DNA of 32,175 nt, taken from the NCBI GenBank assembly GCA_003990765.1, contig RBNJ01000363.1, positions 1 to 32,175 on the forward strand. Direction: 5' to 3'. A program made the position numbers and the translations under genes. Under the pieces are notes generated by a model. It was given only the letters and a program-made list of their open reading frames with translations. It did not search any database and was not told where the DNA came from. This document shows, piece after piece, positions 12,837 through 23,642 of the stretch. Each line of letters opens with the position of its first letter. Position 1 is the first letter of the stretch. Origin of the DNA: Jimgerdemannia flammicorona. Taxonomy: Eukaryota.

Positions 12837-14211
12837 ATGGTAGTTTTTCCGCGGCTCCGGCCACTTTGCTGAAGTTTGAACTACGTTCATAACTCTAACA
12901 AAATTATTTTTCATATACGAAATAATTCATGGTTATTGTCCAAAAAAAAGGAGAATACTAATAATTGTATATAGTTAAGCAGAACCAAAGGAAATCGAGC
13001 AATCAGGCAAATATAACATCGATTGTAGCTCGAGGCTACGACACCCGCCACTTGGCCAAACCAGGTGGCCAGGAAATATCAGGGCACTCATCAAAAAAAT
13101 AAGGAAATAAGATTATTTACATAGGGGAAGGAGAAAGAAATAATCAGCGGGAGTCACACGATCCAGCAAAACATGTCAGGGTTTGGGAAATACAACCCTC
13201 GGAGTCCGCTTGTCGAAAATATTGAGACTGATGGCGCTCATACCTAGGTATGGAAGACAGTGGCATACCCGCTCAAGTTTGCTCGCGATGAATGCAGTCT
13301 ATGTTTTATTCTAATCGATCAACTTACTAAGCCCTAAAGTAAATATACACGTTGGGGCCGTTTCGCTATATGTTGTGTAAAAACGACAAATTTTGTCAAG
13401 ACCAGCAAAAATTTTGGGCATCATCGACGAACTGGTTATATTACCTCCTACTTAGCATTCCTAACCAGTAATAAATGCAGCACTGCAATAAATTACATTC
13501 CAGTGACGTGTTGATGTCGGCTCCGATTGCCACATGGTCTGAAATGAGCCTTGTTAATAGTTATCATCTTCTCTTATTAACTTGTTGCTTTATTGGTTTG
13601 CCCGGAGGTGGAATGTGACGAGATTAAAAACTCCCCTATGGATATGGTTAGGTTTTCCTAGATTGGCCGCCGCCTTTCTGTCTGAGATTGAAAATGCAAC
13701 TGGCGACAGGCGCCAATTATTTTCATATTATTTTGCCAGGGGACAAACGATAATTGTATCGCCATTTGGGTCATCAAATTTCCGAATTCCAAATATATAC
13801 ACAGGACGAACCTGACCTCCATGCTCTCCGCATCACCCAGCGTCCAGACCCACTCACTAGTGGACACCTTTCTTAAACTATACACGCACACTGATATATC
13901 CATCGTTTTCTCCTGTGGGGAATGGTGTCATCGCCAATGGTCTTCTGCGTTCCTCAGCCCGCTGGCTGCGTTGCTCATGGCTATAAATGTATCTGTGCAT
14001 TCCACCAATGTCATTGTTCTCCGTTTACATACAACAACAGCTATTCGCAAAAGCTTCGATGATGACGCCACAAGAGGAACGAATTTATATAGAATAAGAC
14101 GTCTACAAGGAACCGCAAAGTGACGTCATCTTGGATTTCGGATATAAGTTACTGCGCCACCTTTCAACGTTGATTCCGTAACTCAAACAAAGCTGTATTC
14201 TAACACTAAAT

Positions 14212-15719
14212 ATGGACGTTCAATCCAACAGTGGTCTTAGCCTTAAGGACGACATCGCCTCATTATGGACAGACACCACCTATCACGACGTCACCATCGT
14301 CTGCGCCGATGGTGTCGAACTTGGCGCTTGCCGTGCTTTTCTGGCTGCAAGGTGTGTTCCATTGGTAATTGATCATATTTCATGTTTTCAAATTTGGCTC
14401 ATACTAACTGCTATCATACGACCACACAGGTGCCCAGTTTTTAAGGCGATGCTGTACGGAAACATGCAAGAGAGCGGCTCCCAACGAGTCATTCTCCACG
14501 ACATCAACTCTGCAACCCTCACCGTCGTCCTCGGCTTCATCTACACCGAATCGATCGACAACACCACCACCACCACCATCGCGGTGGACGTCTACCGCGC
14601 TGCGAGCTTTCTTCTACTCCCAAAGCTCATGGCAATGGTGCTGGAGCGTGCCCAGGATATTTCCGACTTTGGCGTCTCCTCGTCCTTACTCAATGGGGCC
14701 GCCGCCTCAATCCCGTGGAGTGATGCCAGCAAGGACCTCTACGCCGTGCTCCTCAAGCCCTTCCACGTTCGCGAGCTCGCCATAGGAGAACTGACAGACC
14801 TCTCCGAAGAGGCTATCCACCTGCTCTTCACTGCACCCTACGCTACCACCTTCGTCACTTCCGAATATGACCTACTTCTGGGAATCGTCGACTGGGTCTG
14901 GGCACATTCCGAAGAACCGCGGCCCGACGTTGCTGAACGTCATAACGTCTTGCGCGCTGTTACCAGTATGGCTCCGGGATGCGTAGGAAAGATTCGGATT
15001 GGAAATGACTCTTTGTTGCTGAAAATGATGAAGTATTTGGATCTCACCCTTGTGTGCCCGCATCGCTTGAAGAGCATCATAGAGGCAGTTGATGGGTTTA
15101 CGGAGGCGTCACCCCACTACATGGCATTTGTCACCACGCATGCCAGAACACCCTGTGTCCAACGGGGCACCCATCCGGGTATCGCAGAAGACAAAGTCGA
15201 CAAGATCTCCAATGGGACCATTCGAATGGCGTTGTCGTCTCAGACGACTTTAAGGTCGTGGAACTTTCTGTCGGTATGCCAGCGACTGCGTTCCAGACGG
15301 CGAGGATCTCTGTCCCTGGAAATATAACGCAGGCCAGGGTGTGCGAATGGGACATTGTCGTCGAATCTGTTGGATTATATAACGGGTCTCAGCGCTTCTG
15401 CAATTTAGGGTTGGTGGGAGAGGAGTTCACTGCTTTCGATTCCACCATGGCTGGACAATTATCGATGTGGTTGTTCTACTCATGGGAGAACGACACTCCG
15501 AAAGTAACTGGGCCGGGAGGAAGCGAGCACCGTGACTATGGCGTCAGTCTTCGGAACGGCGATGTAGTGACTTTCCATTTGGATAAGGTCGATCACACCT
15601 GTGCCTTTTCCATCAATGGTATTAATCATGGCATTGCATGGACCAACCTTCCCGTGAATGTGTACCCTGCTGTGACTTTGGGCTTTCAATCCAAGTATCG
15701 AATAAAAGATAGAGTTTAA
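14212..15719 (+). pseudogene. BTB/POZ-(BACK-like)-SPRY/B30.2-like protein gene with one intron and a 1-nt frameshift (pseudogene or assembly error)
   Basis: N-terminal HDVTIVCADG..ACRAFLAAR/CPVFKAMLYG BTB. C-terminal EWDIVVE..GDVVTFHLDKVDHTCAFSING..NLPVNVYPAVTL SPRY. Homology with 17971-19443 switches frame at ~15121-15130. Confidence 0.85.
14352..14429 (+). other. 78-nt spliceosomal intron (stop-free, in frame)
   Basis: GTGTGT donor, TACTAAC branch (14402-14408) and CAG acceptor. Removal restores FLAAR-CPVF, collinear with FLATR-SSVF of the paralogue. Confidence 0.85.
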
Positions 15720-15841
15720 TTTTTCAACGTGAATACAACCACGCTTTATTCATATGATTGCCATTTATTGTGAATATTTTTCCTTTCTGGCAGCTACCTG
15801 TCATTTTCCTATTATTTTTTATTTTATTTTTTAGCCACAAA

Positions 15842-16714
15842 TTATCAGGACCTATCCGTGATGGCATCGAGAGCTTCGGTCATTAGCTTCACACGGTGCG
15901 GACACATAAGCCCGAGGTCTATATGGCACCATATCACCAGCATGGACTCGAGCGACCGACTGTCGACCAGACGGATATACATATTCGCGTCTGGCTCACC
16001 ATACGATTCCGCTGGGTTCCGGAGTCGTTCGAGACATGCATGCGCCCATCATCGTCAGGAACTTGCTCACCACAGGACCACGCCCAATCGACGACGCACA
16101 GCAAGAGGGTGTGTTCGGGAGTGTGGAACTCCACGAGTGAATTGTCCTTCGTGCGAGTCAGGAGCAACTCAAGCGCTTTCTTAGAGAGGCCGTTCAGCTC
16201 TCCGACAGTAAGCGACGGCAGAATGGTTTCATCAGAACGTTGTATAGCTCCGCGGTTGCCAGGTTATCCGAGGAGGTGATGTCGACGGCTCCGTTGAGAA
16301 GTTTCCTGGCATCGTCGAGATCCTGGCCTTCATGACCTTGTTCGGCCTGTTCAAGAGCCAGCTTCATGAGTTTCGGGAGGCGGAGGGCCCCGCTTGGTAG
16401 GTGTCCAAGGCGTCGGAGGGTGAGAGCGGGTTAGGACCGATAGTTTCGGTGTGGGTGTAGTGCAGCACGGCGCGCACGGCTTTGGAATTGGTGCTCTTGA
16501 GATGGATGCGATGTAGAGGTTCGGGGCCGTAGAGCATGCGCTTGAAGACCGACGGCCTAGTAGCTAGGAAGGAGCGGCAGGCTTGGATCTCGATATTGTC
16601 AGAGCAGACAATGGTTAAATCGTGGAGAGTTGTGTCGGTGAGAAGGTTTGCAACGTCGTCCTTCAGGCTGAGATCGCTCTCGAGTTGGGTGGATATATCA
16701 ACCACAGTAACCAT
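15842..16714 (-). pseudogene. Truncated, frameshifted duplicate of the BTB-SPRY gene at 17971-19443 (SPRY absent)
   Basis: High nucleotide identity to ~18552-19443. In-frame deletion after YGPE and net 4-nt losses near 16385 and 16213. Homology stops at ITDRS followed by TGA TAA. Upstream motif GGTGAC.GTATCAGGTCATGGG is also duplicated (16800 / 19502). Confidence 0.9.
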
Positions 16715-17970
16715 AATGTAAAAAGGATCTGAAGAGGGAACCCGTATAGGTTTTAGTACCATGACAGAATGATGATCTATCCTCTGTAAGTAGAATTGTG
16801 GTGACAGTATCAGGTCATGGGGCACCCGGTGAATTTTCTCCTTCCGTCCAACCTTTAACTCAATTACCACCGAAGTATATATATATAACAAGGACGCCTG
16901 CCCAACGCAACGGCATCCCTCTTTTGTCCGGTCGCATTCTCGTCCCACACTCAACTATCGCCACGGCAATACCTCAAGATCAACTATATGACTAATTTCA
17001 AACACCCGAGTGTCCGATGTTTTTGTTCCACTCCCCGTAATATAGGTCCGTTTCAATTATGCCCTTGCCATCGTCTCCGCACACCACTCCTTTCTTCATT
17101 AACTGCAACATTCGAGAGATCCGTAACACTCTCCTCCATTCTTAACAGAGCAAGGCAATTGGAGATGCGCTTATCGCCGACTCCCGCTTTATGGTTTCTT
17201 TGGTCGAGAGATGGCCGCAAAGTCAAAGGTACTAAGTATATCAAATCAAATTTTCCAACATATCGCTAAAGGGCGACATTCAAATTTGACGTACGTTTAC
17301 TCGTTAGAATGCTATCACGAGCGTAAATCCAACGAGCCCAAAACAGCTATTTTGGACGATGCATCATAGAGATATCCTAGAAATCCTTTATCCCGGTTAA
17401 TAAGGATAAAATTTTGATTCCTGGATTTAAGTAACTGAAGTGTAATTGTGAATATCAAAAGATTTATTGAGAGCAGATCATACAAAGATCCACAAAAACA
17501 ATCACACTAGGAATTTGTTTTTTTAGGCGATTTCTGACAATTAGAGGATTCAGGATAGGTAGGCGACTGGGTGATTGAAGTGGTCCTGGCTTCGCGTCCA
17601 TCTGTCTGTTCTGTTCAGTCTCTGTTTCGTTCTTTGGTGTTGTAAAACAATGATAATTTGAATTTAAATGAGAAATTTTTCCAGATACATGGTACTGAAT
17701 ACACCTCACTATGTATATATCTCAGGCGGGAATGTTTTGCAGGCTGTAATTAATGACAGCGATGCATGCTAAGTATTGTAACTTGTCTGGATCATATTCG
17801 TCTGCGCTACGCTGTATGTGACAAAGCTTTTTGGTGAGCGTGAACCCACTAGTTTGCTTGTATTTGTAAATTTCATGGCTATCCAATTTCCATAAGATGA
17901 TTACATTCAAAGCTATAACACATTGAGAGGATCGATTATAAAAAATACAGGACTTTGAAGTACTATGATT

Positions 17971-19443
17971 CTAATTATATATTTGACGGTATCGATATTT
18001 GCTCCCCGTCCAAAGCGTCACGGCAGGATAGATCTTGTCAGGAAGACTTCGCCACACGACACCGCAGTCATGCCCATTGAGAGAGAAGGAACAGGTTCGA
18101 TTGTTCATGTTCAGGCGGAATGTGATAATATCATTTTCTTTGAGTTGGTGGTTGCATGCGGTCGCACCGGGGTAAATTAGGTGGTAACTAGGTTGGCATG
18201 AATAGAAGCACCACACAAAACGAGAATTCGAATTTAAGTTCTTGTTGAATTGTTTGAAATCCTCTCCAACAAATCCCACGGCGTTGATTACAGCTTTCAA
18301 CCACACGCCGCTCGATTCAATGACAATCTCCCATTCGCACGACGTTGTGAACGGTATCTCCAATCTGGCTGAGCAAAAGGTGTCGGACGCGTTGTGATAC
18401 TCAATCACTGCACCGTTTTCCGAGACGACAACCCCTTCTCCGGTCCTCCATTTGTATACCTGTATTGGTTGCACACCACGGATTTTGGATGGATGGCCGG
18501 GAGAACATTTGACGGTGGCACAAGCGATCTGGGAGAGTGTCAGGTATTGGGGGGACCTATCCGTGATGACGTCGATAGCTTCGGTCAGTAGCCTCACGCG
18601 GTGTGGACAAATAAGCTTGAGGTCTATATGGCGCCACATCATCTGCACGGACTCGAGCGACTGACTGTCGACCAGACGGACATACATATTCGCGTCTGGC
18701 TCACCATACGGTTCCGCTGGGTTTCGGAGTCGTTCGAGACATGCATGCCGCTCAGCATCGTCAGGAACTTGCTCACCACGGGACCACGCCCAATCGACAA
18801 CGCATAGAAAGAGGGTGTGTTCGGGAGTGTGGAACTCCATGAGTGAATTGTCCTTCGTGCGAGTAAGGAGCAGCTCAAGCGCTTTCTTGGAGAGGCCATT
18901 CAGCTCTCCGACAGTAAGCAGGCGACGGCAGAATGGTTTCATTAGAAGGTTGTATAGCTCCGCGGTTGCCAGGTTGTCTGAGGGGGTGATGTCGACGGCT
19001 CGGTTGAGAAGCTTCCTGGCATCGTCGAGATCCTGGCCTCCATAACCTTGTTCGGCCTGTTCGAGAGCCAGATTCATGAGTTTCGGGAGACGGAGGAGGG
19101 CCGCCGCTTGGTAGGTGTCCAAGGCGTCGGAGGGTGAGAGCGGGTTAGGGCCGATAGTTTCGGTGTGGATGTAGTGCAGCACGGCGCGAACGGCTTTGGA
19201 ACTGGTGCTCTTGAGATGGATACGATGCGGGGTGTGGGAATCCCGAGCTTCGGGGCCGTAGAGCATGCGCTTGAAGACCGACGACCTAGTAGCTAGGAAG
19301 GAGCGGCAGGCTTGGATCTCGATATTGTCAGAGCAGACAATGGTTAAATCGTGGAGAGTTGTGTCGGTGAGAAGGTTTGCAACGTCGTCCTTCAGGCTGA
19401 GACCGCTCTCGAGTTGGGTGGATGTATCAACCATAGTAACCAT
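17971..19443 (-). CDS. BTB/POZ-(BACK-like)-SPRY/B30.2-like (ConA-fold) protein, putative Cullin-3 substrate adaptor, 490 aa
   Basis: Intact intronless ORF. HDLTIVCSD..ACRSFLATRSSVFKRMLYG..VLHYIHT BTB; PEHTLFLCVVDW BACK-like; EWEIVIE..DIITFRLNMNNRTCSFSLNG..LPDKIYPAVTL SPRY. Confidence 0.9.
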   Translation of the reverse strand: MVTMVDTSTQLESGLSLKDDVANLLTDTTLHDLTIVCSDNIEIQACRSFLATRSSVFKRMLYGPEARDSHTPHRIHLKSTSSKAVRAVLHYIHTETIGPNPLSPSDALDTYQAAALLRLPKLMNLALEQAEQGYGGQDLDDARKLLNRAVDITPSDNLATAELYNLLMKPFCRRLLTVGELNGLSKKALELLLTRTKDNSLMEFHTPEHTLFLCVVDWAWSRGEQVPDDAERHACLERLRNPAEPYGEPDANMYVRLVDSQSLESVQMMWRHIDLKLICPHRVRLLTEAIDVITDRSPQYLTLSQIACATVKCSPGHPSKIRGVQPIQVYKWRTGEGVVVSENGAVIEYHNASDTFCSARLEIPFTTSCEWEIVIESSGVWLKAVINAVGFVGEDFKQFNKNLNSNSRFVWCFYSCQPSYHLIYPGATACNHQLKENDIITFRLNMNNRTCSFSLNGHDCGVVWRSLPDKIYPAVTLWTGSKYRYRQIYN

Positions 19444-19894
19444 AATGTATTGTTAAAGTGAAAAGGATTGCGTTACTGGTTATACCATGACGTAATTAAG
19501 TGGTGACGGTATCAGGTCATGGGACCGTCGTTTTCCAAACCTTTCAAGGCTGTCACAGCTTCTCCCAAACTCATTTACAAAGTAATGTGATGTATTAACT
19601 GATTCAGACTAACAAGGATATGAACGAATATGTTATTCATGGCAGCTGAGCTACCAACTGTAAAATTTGGTCTTTCACAGGTGCCGCTAAGCTCCAGGTA
19701 TCGGTTTTTGCGCGTATTGCGCACACGCAAACCAGGAGGCTTTCGCCGATTGAAAAGTGTGGAATCGTACGTTGGAACTAGAGCCATAATGCGGTTTTGG
19801 ATCTTCGTTTCAATGCGCAGGCACGCGCAAGACTTAGGACGCAGCAAAAACGGTGAACGCGGGTAAAGGCACCAACGGTCATGGTACCAAACAG

Positions 19895-21400
19895 ACCTCT
19901 GGCCACAAATCTCTCTCATACTCCTGCAGACATTCTATACTATCCTCTAAGTAAAAATTATCTACCAGTATACTCTCTAATAGTAGACAATTCTACCTCT
20001 ACATCTGGGGTCTCTATTTCTTCTCTTCCTTATCACTCTACTACCTGAGTCCAATTCAATGAGCACTATTAACCACTTCTTACCAGAATCTCCTATAGTA
20101 CATCTTTCTGCTCTCCTCCAGTACCACTAGAGAAAGCAGATCACCAGTCATACCCCAGAGAGAGAACTAAACCTCTCACACCCTCTGTATAAGGGACACC
20201 TACTCTCAACCCCTCAATTTGCTTATTTGTTTCAGCCACCATACTCTCAAGCAGTGTAGATACTTGGTAAAGTCCACCAGACCCAGCTCTCCTCTATCTA
20301 CTAGCAATATCAATATCTTCTAGCTGATCTGACTCTATCACTCTGTCTATATCTATGATCTGACCATCTTCAACAATCTCTTGATCATCTATACTAGGAA
20401 GTCTAAGTAATATCCCAAATACTACAGCTTAGATAGCCAATATATATTCAACACTATTACTCTTCTTACCAAAGAGATATATTGGCTTCTCTATCTCAAG
20501 AGAGTATTTCTCTACTTAAGTAGCCACTGTTCCTACTAATCTTGAGGCAACAGAAAATAGTGCTCTCAAATGAATCAAATCAATTTAAATTAAATTAAAT
20601 TAAGGGTCATTCAAATTGAATTGAATTGGGAATTTTTCAATTTGAATTAAGTTCAAATTGAATCAAATTCAAATTAAATTAAAGGTCTAATTTGAACTCT
20701 ATTTTTCAAAATATAATAACTTGATAAATATATGTCTAAATTCAATAATCTTTAGCTTATTAAATTCTCCTATATATGTAAGAGAAATCTAACAAGCTAA
20801 AGATCATTAAATTTAAATATATATTTATTAAGTTATTATATTTTGAAAAATAGAGTTTAAATCAGACTTCAAATCAAATTAGTCTTTAATTTAATTTAAA
20901 TTAAATCAAATTGAATCTTTGATTTATTAAGAGTACTAATAGAGAACTATATATTAAAAAATAAATTCCTAGGTAGCAGACTACTTCTTCTACTAGAATA
21001 ATTATTCCAATTATATCTCCTTCTATTATTTCTCTACCTAAGACTAGAGTCTCATACTTATGCTAGTTAAGCTTAGCATCTGAGCACTCCTTATACTATT
21101 TCACTATACTCTTTAGTGCTGCCACATCCTCTATAGAGCCTAGCCTGACTACTATATTATTAGTAAAGACCCCCATCTTTCAGTTTACTCCTAGAATGTT
21201 CAACTCCCCTACTCTGTATTATATCTTGTCCAACAAGAGCTCTGGTGAGAGGGTATAAAGAATTAGTAACAATAAATCTCTCTATAGCACTTCTCTGTCC
21301 AGAAAAAATAACTTTTCTCTGTATCTATTCATCATAATAGCCATCTGACTCCCCTTCAACAAACTAATTAATAATCTTCTAAACTCTAGAGAAACTCTCT
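19895..21400 (-). mobile_element. Degenerate LINE fragment related to 6001-8775, interrupted by a MITE
   Basis: Collinear nucleotide similarity with ~6790-7900 (e.g. AAGCAGATCACCAGT, CTAGAGTCTCA, AACTAAT.AATAATCT); strongly CpG-depleted. Confidence 0.8.
20558..20938. mobile_element. hAT-type foldback MITE
   Basis: TIRs TAGTGCTCTCAAATGAATCAAA / TTTGATTTATTAAGAGTACTA. 8-bp TSD ACAGAAAA / ATAGAGAA (two transitions). Internal inverted arms of ~90 bp around ~20775. Confidence 0.85.
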
Positions 21401-21699
21401 AAGACTTATTTCTTTAGTATATTGCTTTAGTAAGTGAACTATAATCATATACTCTATAGAGATATATTCTAAGTATATAGTTCTGTTTTATATATTGATT
21501 ATTTGTATCAATCTCAAGTACAGCATATGGATGACAGCATATGTTTATCTATTTATGAAGATAAGAATAATATTACCAAATTCTGATAAATGAGATTTAT
21601 TATATTATATAAATTATGTAGCAAAATTTGCAGACAAATTTTACAGGTAAATTTACCTATAAATTATCAATAATATAAGAGATATATTCTCTTATATAT

Positions 21700-21909
21700 C
21701 CCTTTGTCTGTAGATAAGATCGTCTTTTAAAATCATTTAGCAGACAAATTAAAGTTTAAAAAAAATGATTTTTTGAAACATTGTTTTTCTGTTAAAAATA
21801 TATCTCAATTTGTTTAAAAACAAATTTTTTTTTAAAAGCTATTATGATTTTAAAAGTTATAAACTTTTAAAATATTGCCTCTAAATATAGGTGCAAAATA
21901 GTCAAAGGG
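21700..21909. mobile_element. Small foldback/MITE-like element with CCCTTTG..CAAAGGG ends
   Basis: Terminal inverted CCCTTTGTC / GTCAAAGGG flanked by ATAT on both sides. Internal inverted pairs TTTTAAAATCAT / ATGATTTTAAAA and A/T tracts. Confidence 0.55.
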
Positions 21910-22676
21910 ATATAATAGTATTATATATTAATATATTTAGTTCTATTATAATAAATAGAGTTCTTTACCATAGTAATTATAAACTAATTATTCTGATAGA
22001 TAAACATAGAGTGCTATTTCTGATTAAACCCAAGTTTCTTTAATAGCTAATATAGCTAAATAATTTTCTTTATTACTATAGATAATGCTTGGTACTCTAC
22101 TTATATAGATGATATTATTACTAAATTCTACTTATATATTTACTATATAATGACTTCTTTATTATTTAACTAAAAGAAGTATCCAGTTATAGATTAGTAA
22201 TTATCTAAGTCTCTGATTCAATTAGTATTTATATATCAGATAGTTATATATATGCTATTCTTTCATTATTGTTATTACTATTACTCTTGCTCAATCTATT
22301 AAGAGTGAGTATATAGTATATCATTCCTTTAATATATTTAATAATTCTCTTAATAGTATTCTAATATAAATTATTATAGTATAATAAGTACTATACTATC
22401 TTATTTATAGTATATAAAATATCAGACCTTATTTCTAATATAAGATATATATATGAGAGAATTAACTATTTATCAATAGAGAATATTGATATAGTTTTTT
22501 TTTAATATAATATCAGACTTTCTTAACTTTATCAAAGTTTCTATAGAGATATTTACTAACTTATATTTACTTATATTGAATTATTCAAGAATAATATAGA
22601 TATAAGTTAACTATGAGAGATATATAGTATATACACTTCTGTCATACATATATAATAGATATCTTCAAATATATAT

Positions 22677-23143
22677 TGTAACATAGTGGATGCTTACTCT
22701 TGAAAGTACATCAGATTTCTGTATCTTGAAAACTTGACTGTTCTGACTCTCGCAGAGTCTCTTGAAGTTGCAGGGGAGGGTGGGTGGGTTCGAAGTGTAT
22801 CTGCCTGCAGGCTTACTAGTTCCTTTGCTATCTCTTTGATTTGAACTATTTTGATCTGAGGTTTATTCACTCAAAGATACTGGGTTATTTATACAAGTTT
22901 GCTAGCTATGAGATGGTTACTGGGTTACATGGCTAAGTTATGAGTCATTTAATACTTTGCGAAATGTTTTGCCAGTTGCGAAATGCTATACTATATCAGG
23001 AAACTCAATCTTGCACTTTGCGAAATATTTAGCAAGTTGCGAAATCAAGGACTGTTAACTATGTGGCTATACTACTTTGGGACTGGGTGCAATCAAGTAT
23101 CTATTCCCTATTTCCTTCTTCCAAATCTGGCTATACTGTCACA
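22677..23143 (-). repeat. 3' LTR (467 bp)
   Basis: TGTAAC...GTCACA on the + strand; direct repeat of 28913-29322. Confidence 0.95.
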
Positions 23144-23154
23144 ACTTCCTCCTG
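23144..23154 (-). promoter_or_regulatory. Polypurine tract
   Basis: (C)AGGAGGAAGT immediately before the TGTGAC start of the 3' LTR on the - strand. Confidence 0.7.
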
Positions 23155-23180
23155 AATAGATGATCTCGTCTCTAAAGCAT

Positions 23181-23642
23181 CTATTCAAACTCCCAAGCTT
23201 CAATGGTCTGTATGGTCTTGTATTGCACAATTTGTTACATTACTGTTTCCCAATGGTATCGCCTAACTTGGTCGAAGTCTGAGGGAGTCACTCCTCGCAG
23301 ATGGGCTAGTGCTGATTCATCCTCTTGGAATAGCTTGTAGATTCTCTTAACAATAGTGATCTGGGAATAGGAGAGCTGGCATTCTGCGATCTAATTTTCT
23401 TTGGTCATTTCTGGGTCTTGATTGAGTACTTGGCCAAGTTTGAAGTACTCTTGGAATTCGTTTCGATGCTGATAGGCCTTGAAGTGTGAGATCCAAGAGA
23501 GATGAGTCTGCACGATGCTTTGGATACTGTCATAAGATTCCTCTATGGTCGGAGGCTCAGTGGTGCACCATTGTCTCTTGATGGCTCTTTGGGCAGTACT
23601 AGTGATCTTGAGTGCCATCACAGTACTTTTGTTACTAGCCAT
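23181..23642 (-). pseudogene. Accessory ORF3 (~153 codons, two internal stops), unknown function
   Basis: The ORF-track 83-aa ORF continues in frame past TAG as IAECQLSYSQITIVKRIYKLFQEDESALAHLRGVTPSDF...; a homologous relic lies at 9660-9890. Confidence 0.7.

Noticed and set aside
15121..15260. Second intron joining the BTB and SPRY ORFs
   Set aside because: Alignment to the paralogue is collinear with only 1 nt missing, leaving no room for an intron.
16715..16954. 80-aa N-terminal extension of the 196-aa ORF
   Set aside because: Coding homology with the intact paralogue begins at the ATG at 16714; upstream sequence matches only in non-coding patches.
19575..19919. 114-aa ORF upstream of the BTB gene
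   Set aside because: Starts inside the LINE relic edge and has no recognisable homology.
23181..23642. env gene or chromodomain
   Set aside because: No hydrophobic signal or TM segment and no chromodomain aromatic motif are visible.
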